From an uncultured Gammaproteobacteria bacterium (GTDB lineage Bacteria; Patescibacteriota; Microgenomatia; UBA10105; UBA927): a stretch of 64,000 nucleotides of DNA. This document shows, one piece after another, positions 17,055 through 26,643 of this stretch. A program made the translations under genes and the position numbers. The first letter of the stretch is position 1. Every line of letters begins with the position of its first letter. Below the pieces are notes generated by a model. It saw only the letters and a program-made list of their open reading frames with translations. It was not told where the DNA came from and made no database searches. The stretch is from contig CAZGOA010000004.1 in the NCBI GenBank assembly GCA_964527425.1, forward strand, positions 35,691 to 99,690. The letters run 5' to 3'.

Positions 17055-19471
17055 GGGTCCTCCGAAACAAACGAAACAGATAGTAATTCGTCGCGTTGTA
17101 ACTTCGTATTGTACGTAATTTGGCCGTTGTTTGCAACTAAATCACCAGGAAGGGTTTTTTGTATAGTATAGTTGGGAGATAGGCTGGCAACCAGAGTAAA
17201 AGGAGTTGAATGAGTTCCGGGCTGCTTGTATACAGAAAGGGCATATGAGCTGGGTACAAAAGAAACAGGTTGTGAAGACAAAACGGTGACGTTGGTTTTT
17301 TCGTTTTGTTTCGTGGTCAAAGCTAGTCCAAGTGTTAGTAATCCAGGTTGTTCGTCTAGTATTTCAGCATAAGGCAGAGGTGTTGCACTCGTTGTAGCCA
17401 CCTGTAGAGAAAGCTGAACACCGTTTACTTGAACAGATTGAATTGATGTTCCTGTTGGATAGTAGACCCTGGTATAAGATGTATAGTCCCCTCCCCCAAC
17501 AGATTGCCTGTTTATATCATGTTCCCACTCAAGTGAATCTTTTCTGTTTAGTTCCAGTGGAGAGAGAGACACAAACCTACTAAAAGAGCGTTCTACATGA
17601 GTATTGGATTTGTTAACTCCCAGATTTGCTTCAACCACAGCAAACAAGTCTTTTAGGCAGTACGTCTCACTGTCAACAGTACATACTGTTTCTGGAGGAA
17701 ACTCTCCACTCCACCTTAATGAAGTAAATTCTTCTTGAAGACCAGCTTCTGTTGAAAACAACTGAATGTTTTTATTTTCTAAAGAGGTTGATAAAAGAAC
17801 CCCAAGCTTAAGGTATTCAGCAAACGACAAACCGGTTAGTTTGTTTTTTAGTACATACGCCAAGTTGGTAATTATATTCTTTTTTTGTTGTGATCCAGGG
17901 AAAAAAGAGTCGTGTATGGTTGTGTGAAGATGTTCAAACACAGAATCCGAAGTAACAGAAATATTATATTCGGGTATTGATAAAGGTCCAGTAATGTTGA
18001 GAAGCTCCTCAACAAACGGTAGTGTTATGGCAATGACACCATCTACAGATTGACCCGTAGATTTTTCATAAAACCAGACAGCCTTCTTTGCGCTATCCTC
18101 AAAATTTGCAGACCAGTTACTGTCTCTCAGGTACCAGTGTTCTTGATTAAGTATTGTTCTAATAGGTAAAGGAGGGTCTACGTGGCCTTTTAGTTGGCCA
18201 TCTATGCTATACACATCTTCAATAGTTAACGTTTTTATCTGGTTTTGTTCAAAGCGTAAAAGACCGACTGTTCCTATAAATCCCCCGGTAGGACGGAGCT
18301 CCCTGTTGTTTTGTAGTAAAATTAAATAATGCTTGTTTTTCGAACCCCCAGAAATCGAAGGATAGAGATTTGCTAAAAAAGATAACGAGTTACCACTTTG
18401 TTGAATTGATGTTAAATATGACACTGTTGATGTTAACCGAGAGCGTATTGGGCTTTTGTTAATCACCATATTGCTTGATGATGTCAACACTTTTAAATCA
18501 CTGAGTAGCAAGGAAAAGTCTGGCGCAAGTTCTCTCCAAACCTCTCCCAACTGATTAATGTTTATAAGCAAAGACCCATTTTTCTCTGCTAACGCCTGGA
18601 TTACGCCTGTTGTTGTGTGGTGTTTTGATACTACGTCTAACATGTGGTAAGCGCGGTCGCTTATGGCCAATACTCGCTTGTATGGAGTTGAAAAAGAAAA
18701 TGGGCTAACAGGTAGTACAATTGCCGCGCCGGTAACGGTAGATACTCTAAGAGCAATTTTTGTTACCTGTATAAGTGGTATTGAGGGTTTTTCTATCAAG
18801 CTGTTTAAAAGAAAGAAGCTTAGTACAGATGAGCCAATATGTAAACAGAAGACCGTGACTAAAGCAACAAATGTGTGCCTAATAAACAATCCAGCCGGGA
18901 AAGCTTTTCTTGATTTGCGTTGATAGGTCGTTTTTAAGAGTTGATCTATCAGTAATTCCTTTTGCTGCCAGTTGACATGGTGCTTTTCTCTTGTGCTGTT
19001 TTGCTGGTCAGAAAACGTGGGTTTGGCAGCAGGAGTCGTTTCCTTAATAATCTCGTTTTCAGACGAGACAGGATGTATCTGTAAAACCCTCTCACTTCCT
19101 GAAAAAAGGAACCCAAAAACCACACGAGCATCATCCCTTTTAAGAACACTATTGGATATTATCGCAACCTTTGCGTCAAAAACTGACGAGAGTTTGTGTG
19201 CTTCATCTATGTTTGTGTTTATTGCCAATATAAGGCGCCGATTTGCTTTTCTTATGGGAAATGCGTTAATTTTTTTTAGTTCATCTGCTGTTCCGGTAAT
19301 AATCTGATATAAACAGGCTTCTCCTGCCTTATAATTATCTATTACAGTTAGATTGTAAGACAAAAAATAATCCCGTAATTTTTCTAGATAGTGAAGATTT
19401 GTCCCATCAAAACAAACCAAACTAGCCTCATTAGGCAGTGGTGTGTTATTAATGGTGAGACTGGTTGACAT
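17051..19471 (-). CDS. DUF4012-domain-containing envelope-associated protein (806 aa)
   Basis: LLQNNRELRPTGGFIGTVGLL matches the conserved ELRPTGGF core of DUF4012, which I recall from memory. There are membrane-spanning helices around residue 200. Confidence 0.5.
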   Translation of the reverse strand: MSTSLTINNTPLPNEASLVCFDGTNLHYLEKLRDYFLSYNLTVIDNYKAGEACLYQIITGTADELKKINAFPIRKANRRLILAINTNIDEAHKLSSVFDAKVAIISNSVLKRDDARVVFGFLFSGSERVLQIHPVSSENEIIKETTPAAKPTFSDQQNSTREKHHVNWQQKELLIDQLLKTTYQRKSRKAFPAGLFIRHTFVALVTVFCLHIGSSVLSFFLLNSLIEKPSIPLIQVTKIALRVSTVTGAAIVLPVSPFSFSTPYKRVLAISDRAYHMLDVVSKHHTTTGVIQALAEKNGSLLININQLGEVWRELAPDFSLLLSDLKVLTSSSNMVINKSPIRSRLTSTVSYLTSIQQSGNSLSFLANLYPSISGGSKNKHYLILLQNNRELRPTGGFIGTVGLLRFEQNQIKTLTIEDVYSIDGQLKGHVDPPLPIRTILNQEHWYLRDSNWSANFEDSAKKAVWFYEKSTGQSVDGVIAITLPFVEELLNITGPLSIPEYNISVTSDSVFEHLHTTIHDSFFPGSQQKKNIITNLAYVLKNKLTGLSFAEYLKLGVLLSTSLENKNIQLFSTEAGLQEEFTSLRWSGEFPPETVCTVDSETYCLKDLFAVVEANLGVNKSNTHVERSFSRFVSLSPLELNRKDSLEWEHDINRQSVGGGDYTSYTRVYYPTGTSIQSVQVNGVQLSLQVATTSATPLPYAEILDEQPGLLTLGLALTTKQNEKTNVTVLSSQPVSFVPSSYALSVYKQPGTHSTPFTLVASLSPNYTIQKTLPGDLVANNGQITYNTKLQRDELLSVSFVSEDP

Positions 19472-19596
19472 AGACTACGGAGAATCCTTTCATTAGTATG
19501 CCACAGCTGGTGACCGAAAAAAACGCCCCACATTACTCTAGGTTATGCTATTTATTGAACGCTACATGAGCAAGAAAGAAGAAGAATATAAGAGAA

Positions 19597-20007
19597 TTAT
19601 AAAGAACTATTATCAAGAGCTTCGTTAACAAGTCTGTCTGCTTGTTTGTTTTGTTCTCTTTTTACATGGGTAAAACGAACTTCTCTCCCCCACTTTGTTA
19701 TAAGAATTTTTATATCAGAAGAATACGTTTGTAAGGTTTTATCTTTTATTTTATAAACACCATTTAATTGTTTGACAACTAATTCTGAATCAAGAAAAAA
19801 ATCAATGTCATCTCTTTCCATATTGTTAGAAATCACAAACAGTAACGCGTCTTTCACAGCGAAATATTCTGCAACATTGTTAGTTGTTACACCGAGACGT
19901 TTTCCGTAATTAGCAATGAGTGAAGATTGTTTTTGAATAACAACGCCGATTGCTGCCTGGCCCGGGTTGCCTCTTGATCCCCCATCTGTATGAATGATGT
20001 ATGTCAT
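19597..20007 (-). CDS. rnhA: Ribonuclease HI-like protein
   Basis: HTDGGSRGNPGQAAIGVVI...NNVAEY...TDSELV, the type 1 RNase H signature, at 136 aa. Confidence 0.65.
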   Translation of the reverse strand: MTYIIHTDGGSRGNPGQAAIGVVIQKQSSLIANYGKRLGVTTNNVAEYFAVKDALLFVISNNMERDDIDFFLDSELVVKQLNGVYKIKDKTLQTYSSDIKILITKWGREVRFTHVKREQNKQADRLVNEALDNSSL

Positions 20008-20031
20008 AAGAACGAAGTATAACAGTGTAAT

Positions 20032-21255
20032 TTAGTTACGAAAAGAACGAAGCGATAAAACACCAGCGATCAACACCAGTACTTCTGCAACCACTGTAAT
20101 TAACGCTGCTGCTTGTGGACCGTACGTTGGTATAAACAGCAAGTTAAAGGTTATGTTGAGAACTGCGGCAACGCCATATATAAGCGTCAAAGATTTATTT
20201 TTACCTTTCGCTATTAACGTCCACATCACCAGGTTTGATAAAAAGAAAATCGGAAACGCTACAGAAAGCAGTCTGAGTAAAGAAACAGCATTAACAAAAG
20301 CCGGATTTATATATGTAAGTATTGGAGAAATAAACCAGGTTCCAAGAGACGCTATAAAACCCAAAGAACATAGGATAAAAGCAGCTTGACTCACTGTGGA
20401 CTGGAATTGTTTTGGCTGTTTTGCATCTCTTAACATGAGCGGGTATAAGCTGTTCATAAAAAAGACTGGAATAACTAACGGGAACTCGAAAATTTTAAAC
20501 GCTAAATTATATGCACCAACTTCAACCGTTGATCTACTGAGAGTAAGGATGATGCTATCAATACGAAAGTAGAGGAGGTTAAAAAACAATGTAATACTTA
20601 ATGGTGCTGCATCTCGCAATAGATAGGCAAAATGCCTAAGGTGCCAAACAGGTAGGGGAGAGGTAAACTTTTTTACGAGTAAGAGTGATAATAACGCTGT
20701 ACCAAACGTGCCGATACCCAACAACGATACTGCCCAAAGGACGGAATTAGAAAGAAAAAAAACACTTGCCAGAGTAAAAAGGGAACCAATCGTTAACGCA
20801 ATTGCTCCCCTGTCATATCTCAACAGTTTTTGAAACTGCGCATTTGTGGTTGTTATGACTGCATGACTAAGTATGGAAAAAGAATATATAAGAATACCCC
20901 ATCGTACGAGCGTTGTATAACCCTGGTTTTGACCTGTTGGTAAAAAGAAAAGCAATGCTAAACAAAGGGCAATTGCAAGAAAGGCTATTGTTAAGCGGAG
21001 ACCCAGTAGTTCCTGCCATGTAACGGTTTCTTTTTCCTTATTAATTCGCAGATAAGAGGCGTTTAATCCTAAATCAACCAACAGATAAAAAAATGGAACG
21101 TAGGTAATAATTTTACTAAAATCTCCAAACCCTTCAGCACCAAGTATTTTTGCAAGGTAAATACTAATAATAAACATTGTTCCAGAAGAAACAAATCGAG
21201 CAAACAGTTGGACAATGGTGTTATCAGCAATTACTCTATATCGAGAAATTCCCAT
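20032..21255 (-). CDS. Polysaccharide biosynthesis protein / Wzx-like oligosaccharide flippase (multi-pass membrane protein)
   Basis: Hydrophobic polytopic protein whose N-terminal region matches the pattern of the polysaccharide transporter (PST) family. It neighbours an O-antigen-ligase-like gene. Confidence 0.55.
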   Translation of the reverse strand: MGISRYRVIADNTIVQLFARFVSSGTMFIISIYLAKILGAEGFGDFSKIITYVPFFYLLVDLGLNASYLRINKEKETVTWQELLGLRLTIAFLAIALCLALLFFLPTGQNQGYTTLVRWGILIYSFSILSHAVITTTNAQFQKLLRYDRGAIALTIGSLFTLASVFFLSNSVLWAVSLLGIGTFGTALLSLLLVKKFTSPLPVWHLRHFAYLLRDAAPLSITLFFNLLYFRIDSIILTLSRSTVEVGAYNLAFKIFEFPLVIPVFFMNSLYPLMLRDAKQPKQFQSTVSQAAFILCSLGFIASLGTWFISPILTYINPAFVNAVSLLRLLSVAFPIFFLSNLVMWTLIAKGKNKSLTLIYGVAAVLNITFNLLFIPTYGPQAAALITVVAEVLVLIAGVLSLRSFRN

Positions 21256-21304
21256 GGATTAATTGTAGACGCATTTCTTACAAAAGAGAAATCAAAAAAA
21301 CACC

Positions 21305-22597
21305 TTATGCGTGCTTGTTTAGGATATAAAAAGAAGACAGCACAACAGTCAAGAGTAATTGACCCTGGTGCAACGAGTAGAAATAATGATCTGTTATCCC
21401 AATAAGTATAATTGGAATGAAAACATATGAATGTTCGGTAAGAATTCGTTTCATACTATATAAAAAATGTTGCATGAGGAGAATAATAATTAATACACCA
21501 AATAAACCAAATTCGCTTAAGAAAAGTACATATATGTTGTGGACCGGCTGTAAAAAATAAATTGATCTTGAAACCAAATACTCAGGTAGAACAGTTAAAA
21601 AATTACCAAGTCCAACTCCAGTAAGCCAGTAGTCTGCAATTATAGAAAAAGCCGCTTCATTTAACTGTCTTCTTACAAGAAACGATTCTGTGTTAGATAC
21701 CTGTATAAGAGAAAAGGGTAGCGTGGAAAAGATCATTGTGCCTGCAATGAGTAATCCCACTATCGATTTTTTTGTTTGTGATAGAGAAGACATGAAAACG
21801 AGACCAACTATAAAGCTAATCCAGGCAGTACGGCTGAATGTAAGCAGCAGAGCCATTAGAGGTAACGATAAAACGCTAAGAAACATCACTTTTTCATTGG
21901 GAAGGAGAGAGTAGAGTTGTGAGGTTTTTAGCCATGCCACAAGAAGTTTTTTTTGTTTTATAGTCATGAGCAGCATTAATGCGAGAAACCCACCGAAGAC
22001 ATTGGGATGTGCAAAAGTCCCATACGCTCTTATGGTTTGCCAACAGGCAGATGATACCTCAAAAGGATAACAAAAGAAAAACTTGGCAATGTTCAATGTT
22101 TGATTATCAAACGAACGTTCTCCTAACCAGTAAAATCCCACTGATTGTTGTTTTAATACCTGCAAAATACCTATGCCTGATACCCAAAAAGATGAAAGTA
22201 ATAAAGGAATGGTTACTTGAAGGATTGAAAAGTTGTTTTTTATAATATATACACTTAAAAAACACAGTTTAATAACCACCAGCCATTTAAATGCACTAAC
22301 AATAGGAACCGAAGAAAAGAATATGTTAACAAACACCAGAAGGCATAGAGGTAAAAAAACACGCATCGCCATTGAGTTTTTTAGAGTAAGCAACAACTTT
22401 TTTTGTTCCAATGCCCAACAACTCAACATAATTACTAACACTATGTCTGTAGCGTAGAGGATGGGGGAGAGGTAATCGACCTGCCTGCCCAATACATAGG
22501 CCCAATCAGGCCAAAAGTAATAATTTAGTTGTACAGGAAGAAAAAAGAGAAATACATAAAACAGTTTTTTATGGTAAGAAAAAATACTCACTCGCAT
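21305..22597 (-). CDS. O-antigen ligase / Wzy-like polymerase family membrane protein
   Basis: Polytopic, with the segment FSRTAWISFIVGLV characteristic of the Wzy_C / O-antigen ligase domain. Confidence 0.5.
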   Translation of the reverse strand: MRVSIFSYHKKLFYVFLFFLPVQLNYYFWPDWAYVLGRQVDYLSPILYATDIVLVIMLSCWALEQKKLLLTLKNSMAMRVFLPLCLLVFVNIFFSSVPIVSAFKWLVVIKLCFLSVYIIKNNFSILQVTIPLLLSSFWVSGIGILQVLKQQSVGFYWLGERSFDNQTLNIAKFFFCYPFEVSSACWQTIRAYGTFAHPNVFGGFLALMLLMTIKQKKLLVAWLKTSQLYSLLPNEKVMFLSVLSLPLMALLLTFSRTAWISFIVGLVFMSSLSQTKKSIVGLLIAGTMIFSTLPFSLIQVSNTESFLVRRQLNEAAFSIIADYWLTGVGLGNFLTVLPEYLVSRSIYFLQPVHNIYVLFLSEFGLFGVLIIILLMQHFLYSMKRILTEHSYVFIPIILIGITDHYFYSLHQGQLLLTVVLSSFYILNKHA

Positions 22598-22650
22598 TAT
22601 ACATCATGCTATCACTCTTCTTTGAGAAAAGTAGAGTTGTAAAAAATAGA

Positions 22651-23145
22651 TTATTTTAAAGGAGTATCTTCTGAGGGCGTTGTTTCTTTTGGTTTAACGA
22701 CCAATACTCTTCTCGTTCCATCACCTTCAGATTCAGTTTGTACTCTGTCGTCTCCTGAAAGTGTTAAGTGAACGACTCTTCGTTCTGAAGGAGATAAATT
22801 CGTAAGTTCAACTGGTCTACCCGTTTCAAGAACTCGTTCTGCGGCTCTTTGTGCTAAATACATTAATGACTCTTCTCTTTTTTCTCGGTAATCATTTACA
22901 TTTACGTATGCTTTTACAGAACCAAGTTTTTTTGCAATGATCATGGAAAGAATAATTTGAAAGCTTTCGAGTGTGCGGCCATGATACCCAATGAGAATAC
23001 CAGTTTCTTCTGTTGAAATATGAATTCTGTAGGCATCGGTTTCATCAGTATTTACTTCAACAGAACCATCAATGCCAAGCAAAGATAAGAAATCAGTTGT
23101 AAGGTCTTTTACGATTTGTTTTGTTTCGTCTGTTGGTTTATCCAT
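22651..23145 (-). CDS. jag: Jag/KhpB-like RNA-binding protein (KH + R3H domains)
   Basis: RRVVHLTLSGDDRVQTESEGDGTRRVLVVKPK is an R3H motif, and the gene occupies the conserved position downstream of yidC. The start is probably the MDKPTDE ATG at 23145 (the ORF track start at 23196 would overlap yidC by 59 nt). Confidence 0.7.
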   Translation of the reverse strand: MDKPTDETKQIVKDLTTDFLSLLGIDGSVEVNTDETDAYRIHISTEETGILIGYHGRTLESFQIILSMIIAKKLGSVKAYVNVNDYREKREESLMYLAQRAAERVLETGRPVELTNLSPSERRVVHLTLSGDDRVQTESEGDGTRRVLVVKPKETTPSEDTPLK

Positions 23146-23968
23146 ATTTTTTATTAATGATACGTTGCTGAATAATACCAAAAATCCCAAAAACATTCCA
23201 GTAGAGGGCTAAACCGATAGGGAATTGGTAAGCAAAAAACCCAAACATTAACGGTGATATGATGGCCATCTGTTTTTGAACTTCAGCTGCCATATCTTCT
23301 GTTTTTGGTTCTTCCTTTTCTGCTTTCTTGGGAGCGGTAATGGCCTGTGATGCTGTGTTTTGTTTAATCATTAATTGGGTTTGATACCATTGTAGTAGGG
23401 CTGTAAGTATAGGGATAATAAAAAGCCAATATCCTGCAGTTTGCCATTGACTTGGCTTTAGGGCTAAGTTTATGCCAAGAAACGATAAATCAATTGTTTC
23501 CAGACGCAAAAAAGGAAAATAGACGACTTGATTGATATTTGCAAGCATTTGTGACATGTCAGTATTACTAAAAACCTGATAAAACACATTATACAGAGCG
23601 ATTAACACAGGCATCTGCAGAAGCAGAGGAAGACAACCTGCTGCAGGGTTTACTCCATGTTCTTTGTATAATTCCATTTGAGCTTTTTGAAGTGCTGTTC
23701 TATCGCCTTTGTGTTTTTTTGCCAACTCATCCATGTGTGGCTTGAGTTTCTGCATTTTTTTTGCGGATTTCATCTGAACAGCCATAAATGGCCATAGTAT
23801 GAAACGCATTGTGATGGTCATGGCGATAATTGCAAAACCTAAAGGCCCAGGTATTCCAAAAGATTCAAAAAGTTTGTAAAAAGCAACCAGCGCATTTAAG
23901 ATTGGCCAAATAAAAACCTGATTCCAAAAAATAGGGTCTGTCATAGATGAAATGTAAAAATACCTCAC
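23138..23968 (-). CDS. yidC: Membrane protein insertase YidC/Oxa1 (short form)
   Basis: KLKPHMDELAKKHKGDRTALQKAQMELYKEHGVNPAAGCLPLLLQMPVLIALY is the conserved YidC core. Confidence 0.85.
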   Translation of the reverse strand: MRYFYISSMTDPIFWNQVFIWPILNALVAFYKLFESFGIPGPLGFAIIAMTITMRFILWPFMAVQMKSAKKMQKLKPHMDELAKKHKGDRTALQKAQMELYKEHGVNPAAGCLPLLLQMPVLIALYNVFYQVFSNTDMSQMLANINQVVYFPFLRLETIDLSFLGINLALKPSQWQTAGYWLFIIPILTALLQWYQTQLMIKQNTASQAITAPKKAEKEEPKTEDMAAEVQKQMAIISPLMFGFFAYQFPIGLALYWNVFGIFGIIQQRIINKKYG

Positions 23969-23986
23969 AATATGGTGGGTATATGT

Positions 23987-24223
23987 TTATGTTACAGGAT
24001 CATATCCTCCTGGATGAAAAGGATGACAACGAAGTATTCGTTTTATTCCTAATGCTACGCCTTTTATTATACCATAGCGTTTAACAGCGTCGTACATGTA
24101 ATCACTACAGCGAGGTGTAAAGCGACATGTTTTTCCGATTGGCAGGATATACCTAAATAATCCTGTGTCCAGAGAAAGAAAACGTTGATAAAAACGTATA
24201 CTAAGCAATAAAAAAGTTTTCAT
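23987..24223 (-). CDS. yidD: Membrane protein insertion efficiency factor YidD
   Basis: C-terminal HPGGYDPV and the conserved Cys pattern, at 78 aa. Confidence 0.8.
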   Translation of the reverse strand: MKTFLLLSIRFYQRFLSLDTGLFRYILPIGKTCRFTPRCSDYMYDAVKRYGIIKGVALGIKRILRCHPFHPGGYDPVT

Positions 24224-24571
24224 TTACGTAGAGTGTTTGTGTGAATTAACATGTTGGAATAGTGTGTTTAGGTCTTGAGTGATCAGATCTTTATTTAGTT
24301 CAGTTGTGTGTTTTTTTAGAATGACGACTGCATCTATTGAATTATGTAACAGTTTCATCGAATCCAGAACTGCATTCCGAAGCCAACGTTTATTTCGGTT
24401 TCGAACTGTTGCTTTTTTAATTGTTTTCTTGGCTATAATAAAAGAAAAACGAGAAACAGAGCGATTATTAAAAGAGAATTTAATTTGTAATAAATCAGAA
24501 GAAACTAAGAGTCCTCGTCTACTAACGACTCTTACTAGTTCATTTGGAAGGCGAAACTCCCGGGGGAGCAT
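24224..24571 (-). CDS. rnpA: Ribonuclease P protein component
   Basis: Basic 115-aa protein (MLPREFRLPNELVRVVSRRG) in the conserved rpmH-rnpA-yidD-yidC context. Confidence 0.8.
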   Translation of the reverse strand: MLPREFRLPNELVRVVSRRGLLVSSDLLQIKFSFNNRSVSRFSFIIAKKTIKKATVRNRNKRWLRNAVLDSMKLLHNSIDAVVILKKHTTELNKDLITQDLNTLFQHVNSHKHST

Positions 24572-24575
24572 GAGA

Positions 24576-24713
24576 TTATATAGTTAGGCGTTTTCGTCCT
24601 TGAACGCGGCGGCGTTTAAGAACTTTTTGTCCACCTTCAGTTTTCATTCTTGATCGAAATCCATGTGTTTTTATTCTTGCTTTTTTCTTCGGCTGATACG
24701 TTCTTTTTGGCAT
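24576..24713 (-). CDS. rpmH: 50S ribosomal protein L34
   Basis: Translated by hand: [45 protein letters not shown] (45 aa). It falls below the ORF-track length cutoff. It matches the L34 consensus and sits upstream of rnpA. Confidence 0.85.
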   Translation of the reverse strand: MPKRTYQPKKKARIKTHGFRSRMKTEGGQKVLKRRRVQGRKRLTI

Positions 24714-24743
24714 AGTAACGAATTATAGCATATTTGAGTGACT

Positions 24744-25220
24744 TTATTCCAGACCGATAAGTTTTGCCAATTGTGAAGTTGAAGGGGTCTGAACTTTGTC
24801 TACTATTACAAGGGAAGCCCCAATGTTGTCTGCTTGCAGTTTTTTTTGAGAATAATATGGGTCTCCCTCTGTTATAGCAATGATATGTGGAGTAAGTGAT
24901 GTGACCATAGATTCATAATCCTTGTCTGAGGTGAGTGTTGGTAGCGATATAACTTCGTCAACAAATAAGAGAGATTCTACCATTTGTTTTCTTTGATGTT
25001 GTGTATGAATTGGACGGAGATGTCCTTTCCTTCTTGTAACATTTTCATCAGATTCAAGTGCAACTATTAAATAATTTCCTAACAGTTTTGCTTGGCGTAA
25101 AAATTCTATATGACCGAAATGCAAAACATCAAAACAACCGCCAACTAAGACTATATGTTTTTTTATATGGTGTTTGGTGTTCATTAGATTTGTGGACCCC
25201 GCAAGTAAACGGCTTGCCAA
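24744..25220 (-). CDS. Cytidylyltransferase-like nucleotidyltransferase (TagD / RfaE domain II-like)
   Basis: GGCFDVLHFGH is the HxGH motif of the adenylyl/cytidylyltransferase family, at 158 aa. Confidence 0.6.
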   Translation of the reverse strand: MASRLLAGSTNLMNTKHHIKKHIVLVGGCFDVLHFGHIEFLRQAKLLGNYLIVALESDENVTRRKGHLRPIHTQHQRKQMVESLLFVDEVISLPTLTSDKDYESMVTSLTPHIIAITEGDPYYSQKKLQADNIGASLVIVDKVQTPSTSQLAKLIGLE

Positions 25221-26617
25221 GGTCTGTAGTTAGCGACGAATTGCCTGTCTGTTAAAATTTCATTTCCTCTGGTCACTTTGTATGAAAATATTGTTTTTGC
25301 ACCCGAAGCAGCCCAGTCTACTTGTTTAACAACGCCTGGAGCGAGTGTGGGATCATCTTGATAGAGTGGGGGAGGAGCAGGTGACTGGCTCAATATCTGG
25401 TGATTAAGTATTTCTGACTTTCTTCCATCATACGTTCCGTAGAGGTCGATCGTAAGAGATAAATTCTTTTTGTCAGTCGTAGTTTGAATTAAGATGGAAT
25501 GTGAGGTGTCGTTTTTAAATTTTAAATCTACACTTGGTACAAAAATGGTTGCGTCAAGACCGGGTTTATAGCCAGCTTGCTCATAATAAGACACTCTATA
25601 AGCGTGAGGAGACCATTCAACAATCGGTAGCCCGGCATTTAATGCAGCTCTAAAAAGTGTGGTAGACACCTGGCAAACTCCACCTCCATCACCAAGTACC
25701 GTTCTGCCTTCCTTTATTATATAGGCAGTTTGGTACCCTGTTTCTTTCGATATGTCTCCTATTAATTTATTAAATGAAACGATCTCACCTGGAGCTATAA
25801 GAACGCCATTGAATTTACTGGCTGCGAGTGAAATATTATGAATTCTACCAGGGATTGAGCCTATGAATTCTGAATATCCTCTTCCGATTTGCTCTTGAAT
25901 TCCATATTGATTGCTTTGAGAGGTTGCTATCGTTGGCTGTATTGTTTCCACGCTTAATACGATTGGAAATATTTTGTTAGAAGAATAGGGGATTTCTTTT
26001 ATAATGTCATTAAATTGTTGCTTGGCTAATGATTGATTTAGCTTTTTGCCTGGAGTTGCAGGTTTAAATTCATTGACACGGCCATTAATAAAAGAAAATT
26101 TTGCGTCTTCTGGCGGCACATCAACAGAGTCAGCGAGTGCTGAAAGGGTCGAGTCTAGAACATCTTGATTCCATCTAAAATATGGAGTAAGCACTGTTTT
26201 TTCTTTGAGGAGTTTGGTATACATGTCGCTTAAAATATTTCCAGATCGGGAAACTAAGTAGGATTGTTTAGCGATGAGTTGTTCATCGTACCCCAAGTTG
26301 AGTTGTTCACCTGAGATTGTCGCAATGGTTGTTCCTAAATGTAATTCAAAAAATGTGTTTTTATAGACGAGGTTATTTGCTTTCCAATCATTTACGATTT
26401 CTTGAGGTGTTTTGCCGCCTGCATTATACGTACCAATGTAAGTTTTAGGATAGATCTTATTGGTGAATGTTATATCCAGATACAACAAATATAAGGACGT
26501 ACCTAGCACAACTGCAGAAGTACTGATAACCATAAAAAAGACAGCTTTACTAAAATTTCTTAGAATCTGTCGTTTTTTTGTCTGTGTTTCTTTTAGTGCA
26601 GAATGGTGTTTTGACAT
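25184..26617 (-). CDS. VanW-family protein with an N-terminal membrane-spanning helix
   Basis: The GDGGGVCQVSTTLFRAALNAGLPIVEWSPHAYRVSYYEQ block matches the VanW domain. Confidence 0.7.
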   Translation of the reverse strand: MSKHHSALKETQTKKRQILRNFSKAVFFMVISTSAVVLGTSLYLLYLDITFTNKIYPKTYIGTYNAGGKTPQEIVNDWKANNLVYKNTFFELHLGTTIATISGEQLNLGYDEQLIAKQSYLVSRSGNILSDMYTKLLKEKTVLTPYFRWNQDVLDSTLSALADSVDVPPEDAKFSFINGRVNEFKPATPGKKLNQSLAKQQFNDIIKEIPYSSNKIFPIVLSVETIQPTIATSQSNQYGIQEQIGRGYSEFIGSIPGRIHNISLAASKFNGVLIAPGEIVSFNKLIGDISKETGYQTAYIIKEGRTVLGDGGGVCQVSTTLFRAALNAGLPIVEWSPHAYRVSYYEQAGYKPGLDATIFVPSVDLKFKNDTSHSILIQTTTDKKNLSLTIDLYGTYDGRKSEILNHQILSQSPAPPPLYQDDPTLAPGVVKQVDWAASGAKTIFSYKVTRGNEILTDRQFVANYRPWQAVYLRGPQI

Positions 26618-26643
26618 GATATGATTATTTTATACAAAAACAT

